Below are positions 41,769-51,656 of a DNA stretch of 64,000 bases, one piece after another. The notes under the pieces are model-generated. The model ran no database searches. It was not told the origin of the DNA and worked only from the letters and a program-made list of their open reading frames with translations. Both the position numbers and the translations under genes were made by a program. How positions within the stretch are numbered: position 1 is the first letter of the stretch; every line of letters begins with the position of its first letter. The stretch is from sequence record OQ992562.1. The stretch is one strand, 5' to 3'.

Positions 41769-42932
41769 ATGCCATTACCTGTAATCGCCGGAGCAGTTAG
41801 TTCTGCTCTGATGACTGTTGCTGCTGATCAAGGTGTACGTGGTCTAATGCAGACTGTCCTACAAGCCACTAAAAATGGTGTAGAGATTTCTTCTCTAACC
41901 GATCTAGCACGTCCAACTCGTGTTGAACCATTGGTCATCGTAGACCAAACCTTAGTTGATCAACCTTACATGAAAGACGTTATGAAATTTGTTTCATCGT
42001 CTTTTACTGGTTATTATCTACAAGCTGTTAATATGCTTCTAGGTGTGGATAAGATTGATACTTTAAAAGTATTCGATACTATTAATCCTAACCGTACAGG
42101 TGTAACTCGCACTAGTGTATTCTCTGCCGAAGAGTATTCTGATGGTCTTCCTTCATTAGAGTCTTTTGAGAAGCCTGTGCATTTACCAAATATCGTCGCT
42201 GAACACTCACATGAGCGTTGGGTAGCTTCAATGGAAGCGAATGACGAAAGTACAAGTGCACAAAGTATTTCTAGTGGTGATACACAAAAGATTTATGAAG
42301 TTGAAAACCTTGCCGTTGGTAAGCTGGTTAACGTTGATGTTAAATCAGGAAAGCAGAAAGCTAAAATTCCTGTTATGATCCGTTTAATTCCAGCCGCTGT
42401 TAGTCCTCAGATTATTGCGCACATCTTTAGTGCTGGTGGACGAGATACTTGGCTACATCGCCTATTTCTAGTAAAAACTGGTCAAATTAAATTCTGGCGT
42501 GACTTCGTTCTAGGTCAAGATATGATCGATGAACATTATCGCATTCTAATGAATGATAAATCAGGTGTTTATAAACAAATCACCGATCGCCGCCGTAACA
42601 ACTGGAAACAATCAGTTCGCAGTGGTACGGTTTCATTAGCAGATGCATCAAATATCGCGATTGTATCAACTTCAACTCTTAAAGCTGCTTCTAATTCTCT
42701 TTATGGTCGTATTGATGATTTCGCCACTCGGCAAAAGATCTTTGACAATAGCTATCTAATGATGCTTGTTGTTATTGATGACCGTTATGAGCGAGTAACT
42801 ATTTATCATCGTGGGGTTGATCTATCTACATCTCACCGACTTGATGAAATTAAAATGGCTGAAAAGAATAAAGGTCCGGATATCACTGAGATCTTTAAAA
42901 TGATGAATAAAACCATGTCTACCAATATTTAA
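41769..42932 (+). CDS. Inner-body/head protein (gp89 position)
   Basis: 387 aa; SAE, SLE and SME processing-type sites. Confidence 0.7.
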   Translation: MPLPVIAGAVSSALMTVAADQGVRGLMQTVLQATKNGVEISSLTDLARPTRVEPLVIVDQTLVDQPYMKDVMKFVSSSFTGYYLQAVNMLLGVDKIDTLKVFDTINPNRTGVTRTSVFSAEEYSDGLPSLESFEKPVHLPNIVAEHSHERWVASMEANDESTSAQSISSGDTQKIYEVENLAVGKLVNVDVKSGKQKAKIPVMIRLIPAAVSPQIIAHIFSAGGRDTWLHRLFLVKTGQIKFWRDFVLGQDMIDEHYRILMNDKSGVYKQITDRRRNNWKQSVRSGTVSLADASNIAIVSTSTLKAASNSLYGRIDDFATRQKIFDNSYLMMLVVIDDRYERVTIYHRGVDLSTSHRLDEIKMAEKNKGPDITEIFKMMNKTMSTNI

Positions 42933-42939
42933 GGACTGA

Positions 42940-43872
42940 GTGATGAGAATTATTGATTATGTACGTGAACTCGCACCAGTTACTGAACGTCGTGAACTAT
43001 TAAATCAAATCCGTTCATTACGTGAAGAATATGATGCAACTCTCGCACCAATTATTGACGATGTAGGTGAAGTATTTGGTAATATGCAACTTAAATCAGA
43101 TTTAGGTATGCGGTTATCTACTGAACTACGGCGAGCGATTAGTTTTAATACTGAACCGATTAAACTAGTACTGGATACTCTTTCAAATATTCGTGGTAGC
43201 TTTGATATGATCGAAAGCGAAATCCGGCGTTTATTTGCTATTCAGTTTACTAACTCTAATCTAACCTTTGACCGTGCAAACATGTTACGTTTTGTTGATG
43301 GTCTTAGTTTCTATATTCGTTATGGCCGTAAACTACTACTAAATCTAATTGCACAAGAAGCAATGAAATTAGGTAAGGCTACTGAATTAAAATCATCTCG
43401 TGCTGAGAAAGAATGGCTATACACTAATATGGCGCAATTCATTACTCTGTATCCAGCAATGAGTCTTAAGACTAATGAACTGAAACAACGCTTAAGCCGT
43501 GCATCTAGTGCTGAAGTCAATGAAGGTACTTATGATGTAGCTGTGAGTGCTCTCTCTATAGCTCAACGTGATCCACTTAACATGGATGGCTTCTCACCTC
43601 GTCAGAACCCGTTCGTGCTATTTGGCAAGTTCTTAGCTGAGTATCAGGTTGAACGTTTTAAAGAAGCTGAGCAAGAATTCCTTGCACTTCAGCTACGTTT
43701 ACAAGAAATGCGGGAAATGCAAAGCAATGGTAAAGTGGATGCACGCCTACAGAAGCTTATTAAAGAGTATGAAATTCGTATCTCTGATTATAACTATCGC
43801 CTAGGTATGATCCAAGATCGCGCATCTGAGTTCTTTGCTAACCATCGTGATCTACTATCTCTTGGTCACTAA
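42940..43872 (+). CDS. Head protein (gp90 position)
   Basis: 310-aa helical ORF; RBS AAGGA. Confidence 0.7.
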   Translation: MMRIIDYVRELAPVTERRELLNQIRSLREEYDATLAPIIDDVGEVFGNMQLKSDLGMRLSTELRRAISFNTEPIKLVLDTLSNIRGSFDMIESEIRRLFAIQFTNSNLTFDRANMLRFVDGLSFYIRYGRKLLLNLIAQEAMKLGKATELKSSRAEKEWLYTNMAQFITLYPAMSLKTNELKQRLSRASSAEVNEGTYDVAVSALSIAQRDPLNMDGFSPRQNPFVLFGKFLAEYQVERFKEAEQEFLALQLRLQEMREMQSNGKVDARLQKLIKEYEIRISDYNYRLGMIQDRASEFFANHRDLLSLGH

Positions 43873-44417
43873 TGGAGGGCATTGATATGCCAGCAACTAA
43901 TGCTGTACGCCCATTTGGTCGTAATTACTCAGGTGGTCAACAACAGGCCATTTCACGGTTCACTGCTCGTCCCGGTGATCCTCAAGTTGAAGAACTATAT
44001 CTTATCTTTACCAACTTTCCTGCACAAACTGCATATTGGGAATTCCATAAGAAAGTTCTAGCTTGTGCTATTCGTCTTTTTAGCGGAAACTATAATTGGT
44101 TTATTCTACAGGACAATAATAGTAATATTGATAGTTATAATTATCAATTCCTATTTGATACTGTTCGATACATTGCTACGGGTCATCGACGTATTTCAAT
44201 TACCCAATGGCCAATGTTACTAGCTACTGAACCAGATGCTGGTGCACAACTCATTGAACCGCGCGCTGAAATTGCTACTCTCTTTAATGAGTTAAAATTA
44301 GATCTAGATACTGTTTCAATGATCCAGAATTGGGTTAAACACAAAAACGGTATGAATGATCTAATGTATACCCTACATCTACTATTTGGATCTGTAGAAG
44401 TAATAGATAAGGACTGA
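43872..44417 (+). CDS. Hypothetical or structural protein (gp91 position)
   Basis: TAATG coupling to the upstream gene; 181 aa. Confidence 0.7.
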   Translation: MEGIDMPATNAVRPFGRNYSGGQQQAISRFTARPGDPQVEELYLIFTNFPAQTAYWEFHKKVLACAIRLFSGNYNWFILQDNNSNIDSYNYQFLFDTVRYIATGHRRISITQWPMLLATEPDAGAQLIEPRAEIATLFNELKLDLDTVSMIQNWVKHKNGMNDLMYTLHLLFGSVEVIDKD

Positions 44418-44426
44418 GGACTATCT

Positions 44427-45749
44427 ATGACTAATAATTCACTTAGTCATTCGGTCTTACTTGAATCAATCGACGGGGACAGCCCCGTCGATATGATCGC
44501 TACATGCGATGGATATCTAAAAGAATTATTGCCATCAATTGAAGATATTCAAAGTAGATTAGAATGCACTGAAAAAGACATTTTAGTTAAAACCTATACC
44601 GATGGCTTATTTCAAAAATATGCAGATAACCAAGATGTTGTTAGTGAACACATTCTAAAAACTGAGAATGTGTCATTAGAAGACCTATCTAAGACAGCAC
44701 GAAATACCTGGGATGAAATGAAAAAATCCCAAGCAAAGCATCGAGATGAGTTAAAAGAGTATGCACGTGTTATTACACAAGGTAATCAACGTACTCTTGA
44801 ACGAATAAACATGCTTTTAGAAAGAGCTGAAAATATTAAGCATGAGCCATTTAAGCAAGAATTAAAATTTAAAAATACTAAACGATTTAGTATTGATGGT
44901 AAATTCGAACCGACTACAGTTGATCCGATACTCATGCAAGTTAACAACTTGATAGCTTTCTATGATAAATCCCTACTCTTGTATATCCAATCTGTAGCGG
45001 ATATCCTTAGGAAATTATCATTTGATGAAAAATGGACTGATAGAGCTGCACAAGACTTTAGTAAGTTTAATGTTAAGAACTGGATGAAGGGTGCAGTACC
45101 TATTAAGAAAGATGATAGATTTAGAGTAAGTTCTACAGTTTATCGTAGTATGCCAGTTCAAGGTAATAAGACTTTATTTGGCGCAGGGCCAACTGAAACA
45201 CAGACTGAAGAGATCAGGGATTGGGATTTTTTAGTAAATACTGTCCGTGATTTTGCCTTTAAGTTTTATACTATTCCTACTATGAAGGATGCACCTGAAG
45301 GTAACAATACCTTTAAGGTTAATGATACGAGTTCAATTGGAAGACGGTTAGTATTATTAAGCGAAATGGCTAAACGTATAGATGCTAGAAAAGATTATGC
45401 AACTAAACTAGATTTTGAATTTGGTAGGTTAATGCAGTTAGCCGAGACTAATCGTCAACAAGCTGGTAGGATTCGGGCACAACAATCTAATATGCGAAAT
45501 CGTCAAGCAAAAGTTCAAGATCCTGATGCACCTGATGGCATCCCTGCTATCTCAAATATCATTAATTCAATTACATTAATGATCAATAATGTAAGTCGCG
45601 TTGTAACAGATTTTAGTAATGCTCTTGCTGGTTTAGTCAGAGTAATGGGTCGACTAGTATTCGTGACCGAGTTAGAATTAAAAGCTTACCAGCGTCCAAT
45701 TCAAAGACCTACGCAAGAACAAGTAAATAATCCCTCCCAGGTAAGGTAA
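44427..45749 (+). CDS. Internal head protein (gp92 position)
   Basis: 440 aa; SLED processing-type site near residue 85. Confidence 0.7.
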   Translation: MTNNSLSHSVLLESIDGDSPVDMIATCDGYLKELLPSIEDIQSRLECTEKDILVKTYTDGLFQKYADNQDVVSEHILKTENVSLEDLSKTARNTWDEMKKSQAKHRDELKEYARVITQGNQRTLERINMLLERAENIKHEPFKQELKFKNTKRFSIDGKFEPTTVDPILMQVNNLIAFYDKSLLLYIQSVADILRKLSFDEKWTDRAAQDFSKFNVKNWMKGAVPIKKDDRFRVSSTVYRSMPVQGNKTLFGAGPTETQTEEIRDWDFLVNTVRDFAFKFYTIPTMKDAPEGNNTFKVNDTSSIGRRLVLLSEMAKRIDARKDYATKLDFEFGRLMQLAETNRQQAGRIRAQQSNMRNRQAKVQDPDAPDGIPAISNIINSITLMINNVSRVVTDFSNALAGLVRVMGRLVFVTELELKAYQRPIQRPTQEQVNNPSQVR

Positions 45750-45754
45750 TTAAC

Positions 45755-47062
45755 ATGTCTCTACTTAAAATGCTAGACAAACTATCACTTGAATCAATTG
45801 AAGATCAAGGCACTACGATTCATGGTGATGTTGAATTAGTCGTTGAAAATAAAACTTCTGCTGATGTATCATCCGTTTTAGCAGAAGTAGATCAGATTGA
45901 AAATAATCCCGTAGAAGAAGTTCTTGATGCAGATGATGCTATTCAACCAACTGCATTAGATACTGAAGTAACTATTGTTCAAGCTGAAGATGAATTAGGG
46001 CTAATTGAAGATGCTAAAGAAGCACTTGAAAAGTTCCAAGGTCTTTTACTTCAAGCTGGTGAAGATGGTATCTCTCGACAAGCAGCTGCCTTCATGCATG
46101 TTGGCATGGAATCAATCGATCGTATCCTAGGTATTGAAAAATCTGGACTCACTGCCGCGCTTGAGAATTACGATGCTTCTCCACGCAGCGCTATTCAGAA
46201 AGCAGCTGTTATCTCTCTTGAGGATCTCAAAGAGAAACTAAAAGAAGCAGGTAAGAAAGCTTTAGAGATTATCAAGAAAATTGTTGCAATGATAAAGCAG
46301 AAGATTAAAGATTTTAATCCTAAGCTGATTGCACTCGATATGCGTATTACTAAAACTATTGATGCTATTAAATCACTCAAAGCCGGTGATCTAAAGAAAG
46401 AAGAGATTAAGTTCACTCCTTCTGAGTATATGGTATCTAGTAGTGGCTTTATTGCAAATAATCCGAAGACTATTGCAGACTTCATGACTGTATTCTCAAC
46501 TCAGTATGTATCTGCTCTTAGGAAATATGGCGAACTTGGAGTACGTTATCTCAAAGGTGACAAGTCTATTGATATTGATCAAGTCACCAGTGATTTACAA
46601 GCTAAGATGGCTGAAGATATTAATAAAGCCGTTGAGAAAGCTCCTGGTAATGTTAAGTTAGAAGTTACTTCTTCTAAGTCAGGTGTGAATAAGTGGGAAG
46701 TTGTTGAGGGTGATGGGGAAACGGATCTACATGAAGTTGAAGTTGATGTCCGTGCACCGAGTAAAATCTTAGCACATCTTAATATTCTTAAAGGTCTTGT
46801 TATTAAACTACAGGACTTTAATAAGATTGATTACAAGATTGCTGAGAATCTTGAAAAGGCCCTAGCTGATTGGAATCCTGACGAAGCAGGCATGTCAAAA
46901 GAAACAGCGCGTGATGCACTGAATATTGGTGGTATTGATAATAGTGCACTAGTTAACTATATTGCTAAATGCATCGCTGCGCAGTATACATTTATTGTTA
47001 AACATGAATTAGCTGCGTACGGCAAAGAAACTTCTAAAGCATCTGAGAATGATGAGAAGTAA
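45755..47062 (+). CDS. phiKZ-like internal head protein, paralog family (gp93 position)
   Basis: Shared family segment GISRQAAAFMH...ALENY...SLED. Confidence 0.8.
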   Translation: MSLLKMLDKLSLESIEDQGTTIHGDVELVVENKTSADVSSVLAEVDQIENNPVEEVLDADDAIQPTALDTEVTIVQAEDELGLIEDAKEALEKFQGLLLQAGEDGISRQAAAFMHVGMESIDRILGIEKSGLTAALENYDASPRSAIQKAAVISLEDLKEKLKEAGKKALEIIKKIVAMIKQKIKDFNPKLIALDMRITKTIDAIKSLKAGDLKKEEIKFTPSEYMVSSSGFIANNPKTIADFMTVFSTQYVSALRKYGELGVRYLKGDKSIDIDQVTSDLQAKMAEDINKAVEKAPGNVKLEVTSSKSGVNKWEVVEGDGETDLHEVEVDVRAPSKILAHLNILKGLVIKLQDFNKIDYKIAENLEKALADWNPDEAGMSKETARDALNIGGIDNSALVNYIAKCIAAQYTFIVKHELAAYGKETSKASENDEK

Positions 47063-47066
47063 CAAA

Positions 47067-47099
47067 CATAATGAGGAACCCTTCGGGGTTCCTCTTATG
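47067..47099 (+). terminator. Terminator hairpin flanked by CATAA/TTATG
   Basis: GAGGAACCC-TTCG-GGGTTCCTC. Confidence 0.85.
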
Positions 47100-47131
47100 C
47101 TATGTAATTAAGTATTCTTGAGGAATTGTAA

Positions 47132-48649
47132 ATGAACTTAAATAAGTTACTTGATAGTTTAGAAGGTTATGGTGTTGTCGAAGTAAAAGAAAAAGTCGCG
47201 AAAGCCAAACTAAAGCACGCTGCTACAGACGACAAGCAAATATCTAAAGAACCAGAAGAAGCTGCCAAATTAATTGATGAATTACCAAATGATGTAAAAG
47301 CAACTAATAATGGGTTAGATGTTGAAGAAGCACATAAACCTAATATCCATTGGAAATCAGATCGTGGTTTAGTTACTGAAGTTGATTCATTTGGTAAAAC
47401 ATACGTCGCATCAGAAGAATATCCAGCATCACCCCATGATACCCGAGAAAGTCCTGATAATAGACCTACACCAGTGGATGGTAAAGATTTAGATAGTGAT
47501 GATGATCATTTAAATATCTTTGCGTATGATGCACCTCCATCTCAAAACATGACATATCAGCTAAATCAATTACTGCATGCGCGTACTAGTTTAGAATGTT
47601 TTATAGATTTATTAAATACCGCTGGTGATAGAGGTATTACTAAACAATCAGCTGCTTTTATGCACGTTACATTAGAATCAATTGATAAGCTTATCGGCTT
47701 TGAAAAGATTAGTATTGAAGATTTTAATGCAACCCCTAGCAGCGCTATGCGTTTTGTAAATATTTCTCAAGAAGAAATAAAAGAACGTATTGAAAGTATA
47801 GGTAAAAAGATACTTGCTTTAATAGTCCATGTTATTGAACAAGCTAAAGTAGCGGCACAGCGTGTACTAACTGGAATCAAATCAGTTGAAGATAAAACTG
47901 ATGAGTTAATTGAAAAAGCGAAAAGTTTAATCAATAAGCCAACTGTATCAAATGAAAGGGTAACACCTGATTTTGATATGTCAATTAAAATTGACAATCC
48001 TAAAATGTTATTCATTGGTGATGAATTTGTTTTAGACGATTTAACTAATGAAACAAAAGTTAGTCAATTTCTAGCTAAAGAATGGCCAAATATAGCTAGA
48101 TCAAACATTGATAAAGTAGTTAAATTAATTAAAGACTACGACTTAGAAGATAATGAACTAGATAAGTTTAAAGAGGCTTTTGAATTTATTGGTGAAGCTA
48201 ATCAGTTAGATAAAGTAAAAGATACTTCTCTACCTGGTAATAGTAAACTTATATTCCAGAAAGATAAATATGCTCCACGACTTGGTGAAGATAAACATGG
48301 TGATGGTCCAGATACAATCACGATCGAGCCAAGGCCGCCTGTTGAAGTGCGTAAAACATTAGAAGTTAATAAAGAAGCTATTCGTCGTTTAGGTGATCTA
48401 TTTAAAGCTGAAAAAGATGTCCTTGAACAACTGAAGAAGGTTGCACAGGGCATTGAGGACATGGAGCTACGTAGGTCTAAAGCTATTTGGAAAGGTGCTC
48501 GTGATGATGCAAATGAGATTATATCTTTAGTTAATGGCTTTATTACCGATATGTCACCAGAATACGCAACACTAATTAGTTACCTATTACGTATTGCAAA
48601 GCAACGAAATGCTGTTTGTAATATGGAATTAGAAAGATATGGCCAATAA
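47132..48649 (+). CDS. Internal head protein paralog (gp94 position)
   Basis: GITKQSAAFMH...SIEDF...SQEE segment homologous to the gp93-like protein. Confidence 0.8.
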   Translation: MNLNKLLDSLEGYGVVEVKEKVAKAKLKHAATDDKQISKEPEEAAKLIDELPNDVKATNNGLDVEEAHKPNIHWKSDRGLVTEVDSFGKTYVASEEYPASPHDTRESPDNRPTPVDGKDLDSDDDHLNIFAYDAPPSQNMTYQLNQLLHARTSLECFIDLLNTAGDRGITKQSAAFMHVTLESIDKLIGFEKISIEDFNATPSSAMRFVNISQEEIKERIESIGKKILALIVHVIEQAKVAAQRVLTGIKSVEDKTDELIEKAKSLINKPTVSNERVTPDFDMSIKIDNPKMLFIGDEFVLDDLTNETKVSQFLAKEWPNIARSNIDKVVKLIKDYDLEDNELDKFKEAFEFIGEANQLDKVKDTSLPGNSKLIFQKDKYAPRLGEDKHGDGPDTITIEPRPPVEVRKTLEVNKEAIRRLGDLFKAEKDVLEQLKKVAQGIEDMELRRSKAIWKGARDDANEIISLVNGFITDMSPEYATLISYLLRIAKQRNAVCNMELERYGQ

Positions 48650-48736
48650 ATATATCTAAGTGTTCATTTTTATCTAAGTACCTAATTCTATGGTTTATTG
48701 TTAAACGCGCGCAAAGAAATTCCTTGAGGAAATAAC

Positions 48737-50380
48737 ATGACATTTAAACTCAATGAGTATCTAGATAGTCTAGAAGACTATACTGAGGTACCTATTCCTG
48801 AAACAGCAGTTGATAAAGTAGCAGCCATGACTAGTGGCGATTGTATTTCTGAAGACGCTGTACCTGAAAATACTATTCAAGATGTGACTGACAATAATGT
48901 TGGTGTAACACCAACTGCACCAGTGGATGCAGATACCACTATTGTTAATACTCCTAATAATGGCGTTATTGTTGAGACTCCAGCTGCTACTCTAGTTGAA
49001 CAACCAGCTGTACCAGTTACCGTAGTTGAAACAGATGTAGTAACAGAAGTACCCCCTATTCCTGAACAACCTAATATTGCTGTTGAAACAGTTATTCCAG
49101 CAGGTGCCGAAGGAGAGGAACCACAAGGTGGTGAAACAGTAACTCAGCAAATCGCTGATCAGGCTGCCAAAGATAGTTCTATTCCACTAGCGCATAATGG
49201 CGTGGTGCCACAGATCGCTGTTGCAGTGGATATGGATAAACCTACTGATTTCATGGACATTGGTAATGCACAAGTAGTTACTACAGCAGTGCAAGATATT
49301 AATCAAGGTCTAAATACCGCATATGCCCTAGAGTCGATTAAAGCTCTTGTTCGACAAGCTGGTATTAATGGTATCAGTCAAAGTACAGCTGCATTTATTC
49401 ATTCTGCACTCTTACCACATCGTCATGTACTTGGTGATAATACTTTAACTAGCTCATTAGAAAACTATACGACTGGTGGTAAAAGTCATTTATATCCAGT
49501 TAAGATTTCAACTGAGGATATTAAAGAGTTAAGTCGTAAGGCGCTTGCTTATATCAAGAAAGCTATTGCTAAACTACGTGAAATTATTAGCCACGTATGG
49601 GATAGTCTTAAGAATAGTGTACCGCGTGTGAGTGTAAAAGTTGATGAACTCATTTTAGCTATCCAAAATGCTAAGTTTGAAAATATACCCAGTGAATTAA
49701 CGGTTCCTGTTAAAAATGGTGGACCCGTATTTGCTAATGGTAAATTCATTCAGCCTTCAGCTAACGTTGGATATGGCCCTATCGTTAAATGGATGGCATC
49801 TGTATATGCAAAAGACTATGCTACCTACCTAACGAATATTGGTACTGTGCTTAAAGCTTGGGATCCAGAGCGTAATGATGCTAGTGAACTAGTTGAGAAG
49901 ATGGACAAACTTCAAGATGGACCTCTCAAACACTACGCTAGTACATCTAACACTTTACCGGGTAATAAGCTTGTAACTACGACTGCTACTCAAGTATATC
50001 TAACGGATGATGAGACAGCCGCAGAACCTGGCACTGAAGTGACTTTAAAGAACTTTGATAAGAGTCAAGCTAAGAAAGAAGCGGTAGCTCTACGTAATCT
50101 GGTTGATGATGCAGCTGATGTTATCACTGGCGGTCGGAATATTGTTAAAGCCATTAAGCAACTTGAAGATGATGTTGATCAACTTTCACGGAAACTAGAG
50201 AGTGATAAAATCGACGATGTTTCTAAAGAACAGATCGAAGAAGTATCACGTAAGGTAGCATCTATTATTACAGATAGTGCACCTAAACATGACTCCATTA
50301 TTCGTGAAGCAATGCGTTACGCAAATACTGCAACTGGACTTTATAATAGTGTAATTAACACTAAATTCCAAGCAGAATAA
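48737..50380 (+). CDS. Internal head protein paralog (gp95 position)
   Basis: GISQSTAAFIH...SLENY...STED segment; Pro/Val/Glu-rich propeptide. Confidence 0.8.
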   Translation: MTFKLNEYLDSLEDYTEVPIPETAVDKVAAMTSGDCISEDAVPENTIQDVTDNNVGVTPTAPVDADTTIVNTPNNGVIVETPAATLVEQPAVPVTVVETDVVTEVPPIPEQPNIAVETVIPAGAEGEEPQGGETVTQQIADQAAKDSSIPLAHNGVVPQIAVAVDMDKPTDFMDIGNAQVVTTAVQDINQGLNTAYALESIKALVRQAGINGISQSTAAFIHSALLPHRHVLGDNTLTSSLENYTTGGKSHLYPVKISTEDIKELSRKALAYIKKAIAKLREIISHVWDSLKNSVPRVSVKVDELILAIQNAKFENIPSELTVPVKNGGPVFANGKFIQPSANVGYGPIVKWMASVYAKDYATYLTNIGTVLKAWDPERNDASELVEKMDKLQDGPLKHYASTSNTLPGNKLVTTTATQVYLTDDETAAEPGTEVTLKNFDKSQAKKEAVALRNLVDDAADVITGGRNIVKAIKQLEDDVDQLSRKLESDKIDDVSKEQIEEVSRKVASIITDSAPKHDSIIREAMRYANTATGLYNSVINTKFQAE

Positions 50381-50393
50381 TGATAAGTGACGA

Positions 50394-50428
50394 CATATCG
50401 ACGGGGCTCGGAAGAGTCCCGTCTTATG
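50394..50428 (+). terminator. Terminator hairpin flanked by CATA/TATG
   Basis: GACGGGGCTC-GGAA-GAGTCCCGTC. Confidence 0.8.
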
Positions 50429-50441
50429 TTAGGAGTTAGCA

Positions 50442-51557
50442 ATGGAATTAATTGATATTTATAAAGATACTCCAGATGAAATGATTATTGATCTTGATGA
50501 ACCTAAAAGACTTGCAGATTTATTATCAGGCGATGAAGCGTTAGCTAGGCGAGTGATGGATCTATTAGGCGGTATGGAAGATTATAATCAGATCCAAGGG
50601 GTTATCAAAGAATTAGAGGATGTTGTATCTACTGAAGATATTAGTGATACTATTAAACATGTTATTGATCGAGTTATAAAACTATTTGTTACCACTATTG
50701 AGAAACTGATGGATAGTGGAGTAGTGCTAGCAGCTACTGCTGAATATGTTGCAATTCGAGCAGAAAACTTACGAGTTAACAGTCGTGCTAGAACTCGTAA
50801 AAATAAGAATCCTACATTTCTAATTACAACTCGTATTCAGAACTTAAGTGTTAGATATAAACCTATTACCAATAGTGCTAATTTGTTATCTCACTTACGC
50901 GTATTGGAGACAGTAGTTGATGGGTATATCAATGGATTAGACAATGTGATTCTAAGGCCAGCTAATATCATACCTTCGTATATGAATCCAAATGCTAGTC
51001 CAGATGCTTTAGCAGAACTACTATTAAATAGTGCCCCAACTAAAATAACCACACCATCTGTTTATCGCGATCAAGGTAATCGATTTGTATCATTGCATTT
51101 GCTAGGTAATCATCAAATTGTAATTAACTATAATCCCGATAAGAATGCAAGTGCTTATGATCAGTGTAGGGATATTTCTTCACGGTTAGTTCCATCTGAA
51201 GAAACCCCTAGACCACTACCAGTCGAAATAGAATTTGAACATTTCAACCATCAAGTTACTGAAAGTATTATTGATCGAGTTGTTAAGGTAGTTGATAAGA
51301 TCAATCGTGCAAATGCTGCATCAATGCGTACTCGTCGAAATGAACGGTTAAGGACTCTTAAAGGTGCATTAATCAGGTTTAGAGATGAACTAACACGTGC
51401 TCGTAATGAAGGGCGACCTGATAGAGAAATACAAGAACTTGTTTCATTGGTAGAAACATATGTTGATTGGTTGGCTATTCCTTATCACGACCTATTTAAA
51501 TTAACATGTCGTAATTTGACTGCCATACTCAATGTATGCGATGAAAATCTAAAGTAA
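50442..51557 (+). CDS. Head protein (gp96 position)
   Basis: 371 aa; GMED and STED sites; RBS AGGAG. Confidence 0.75.
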   Translation: MELIDIYKDTPDEMIIDLDEPKRLADLLSGDEALARRVMDLLGGMEDYNQIQGVIKELEDVVSTEDISDTIKHVIDRVIKLFVTTIEKLMDSGVVLAATAEYVAIRAENLRVNSRARTRKNKNPTFLITTRIQNLSVRYKPITNSANLLSHLRVLETVVDGYINGLDNVILRPANIIPSYMNPNASPDALAELLLNSAPTKITTPSVYRDQGNRFVSLHLLGNHQIVINYNPDKNASAYDQCRDISSRLVPSEETPRPLPVEIEFEHFNHQVTESIIDRVVKVVDKINRANAASMRTRRNERLRTLKGALIRFRDELTRARNEGRPDREIQELVSLVETYVDWLAIPYHDLFKLTCRNLTAILNVCDENLK

Positions 51558-51656
51558 GATTCCAGCGCAATATTTTGAATGTTAACGTTCGTCGCTTGGA
51601 GTTATGACTAAGACGAATAGCATAACTCATAAACTCTGTACAGAAGGTATATTAAC

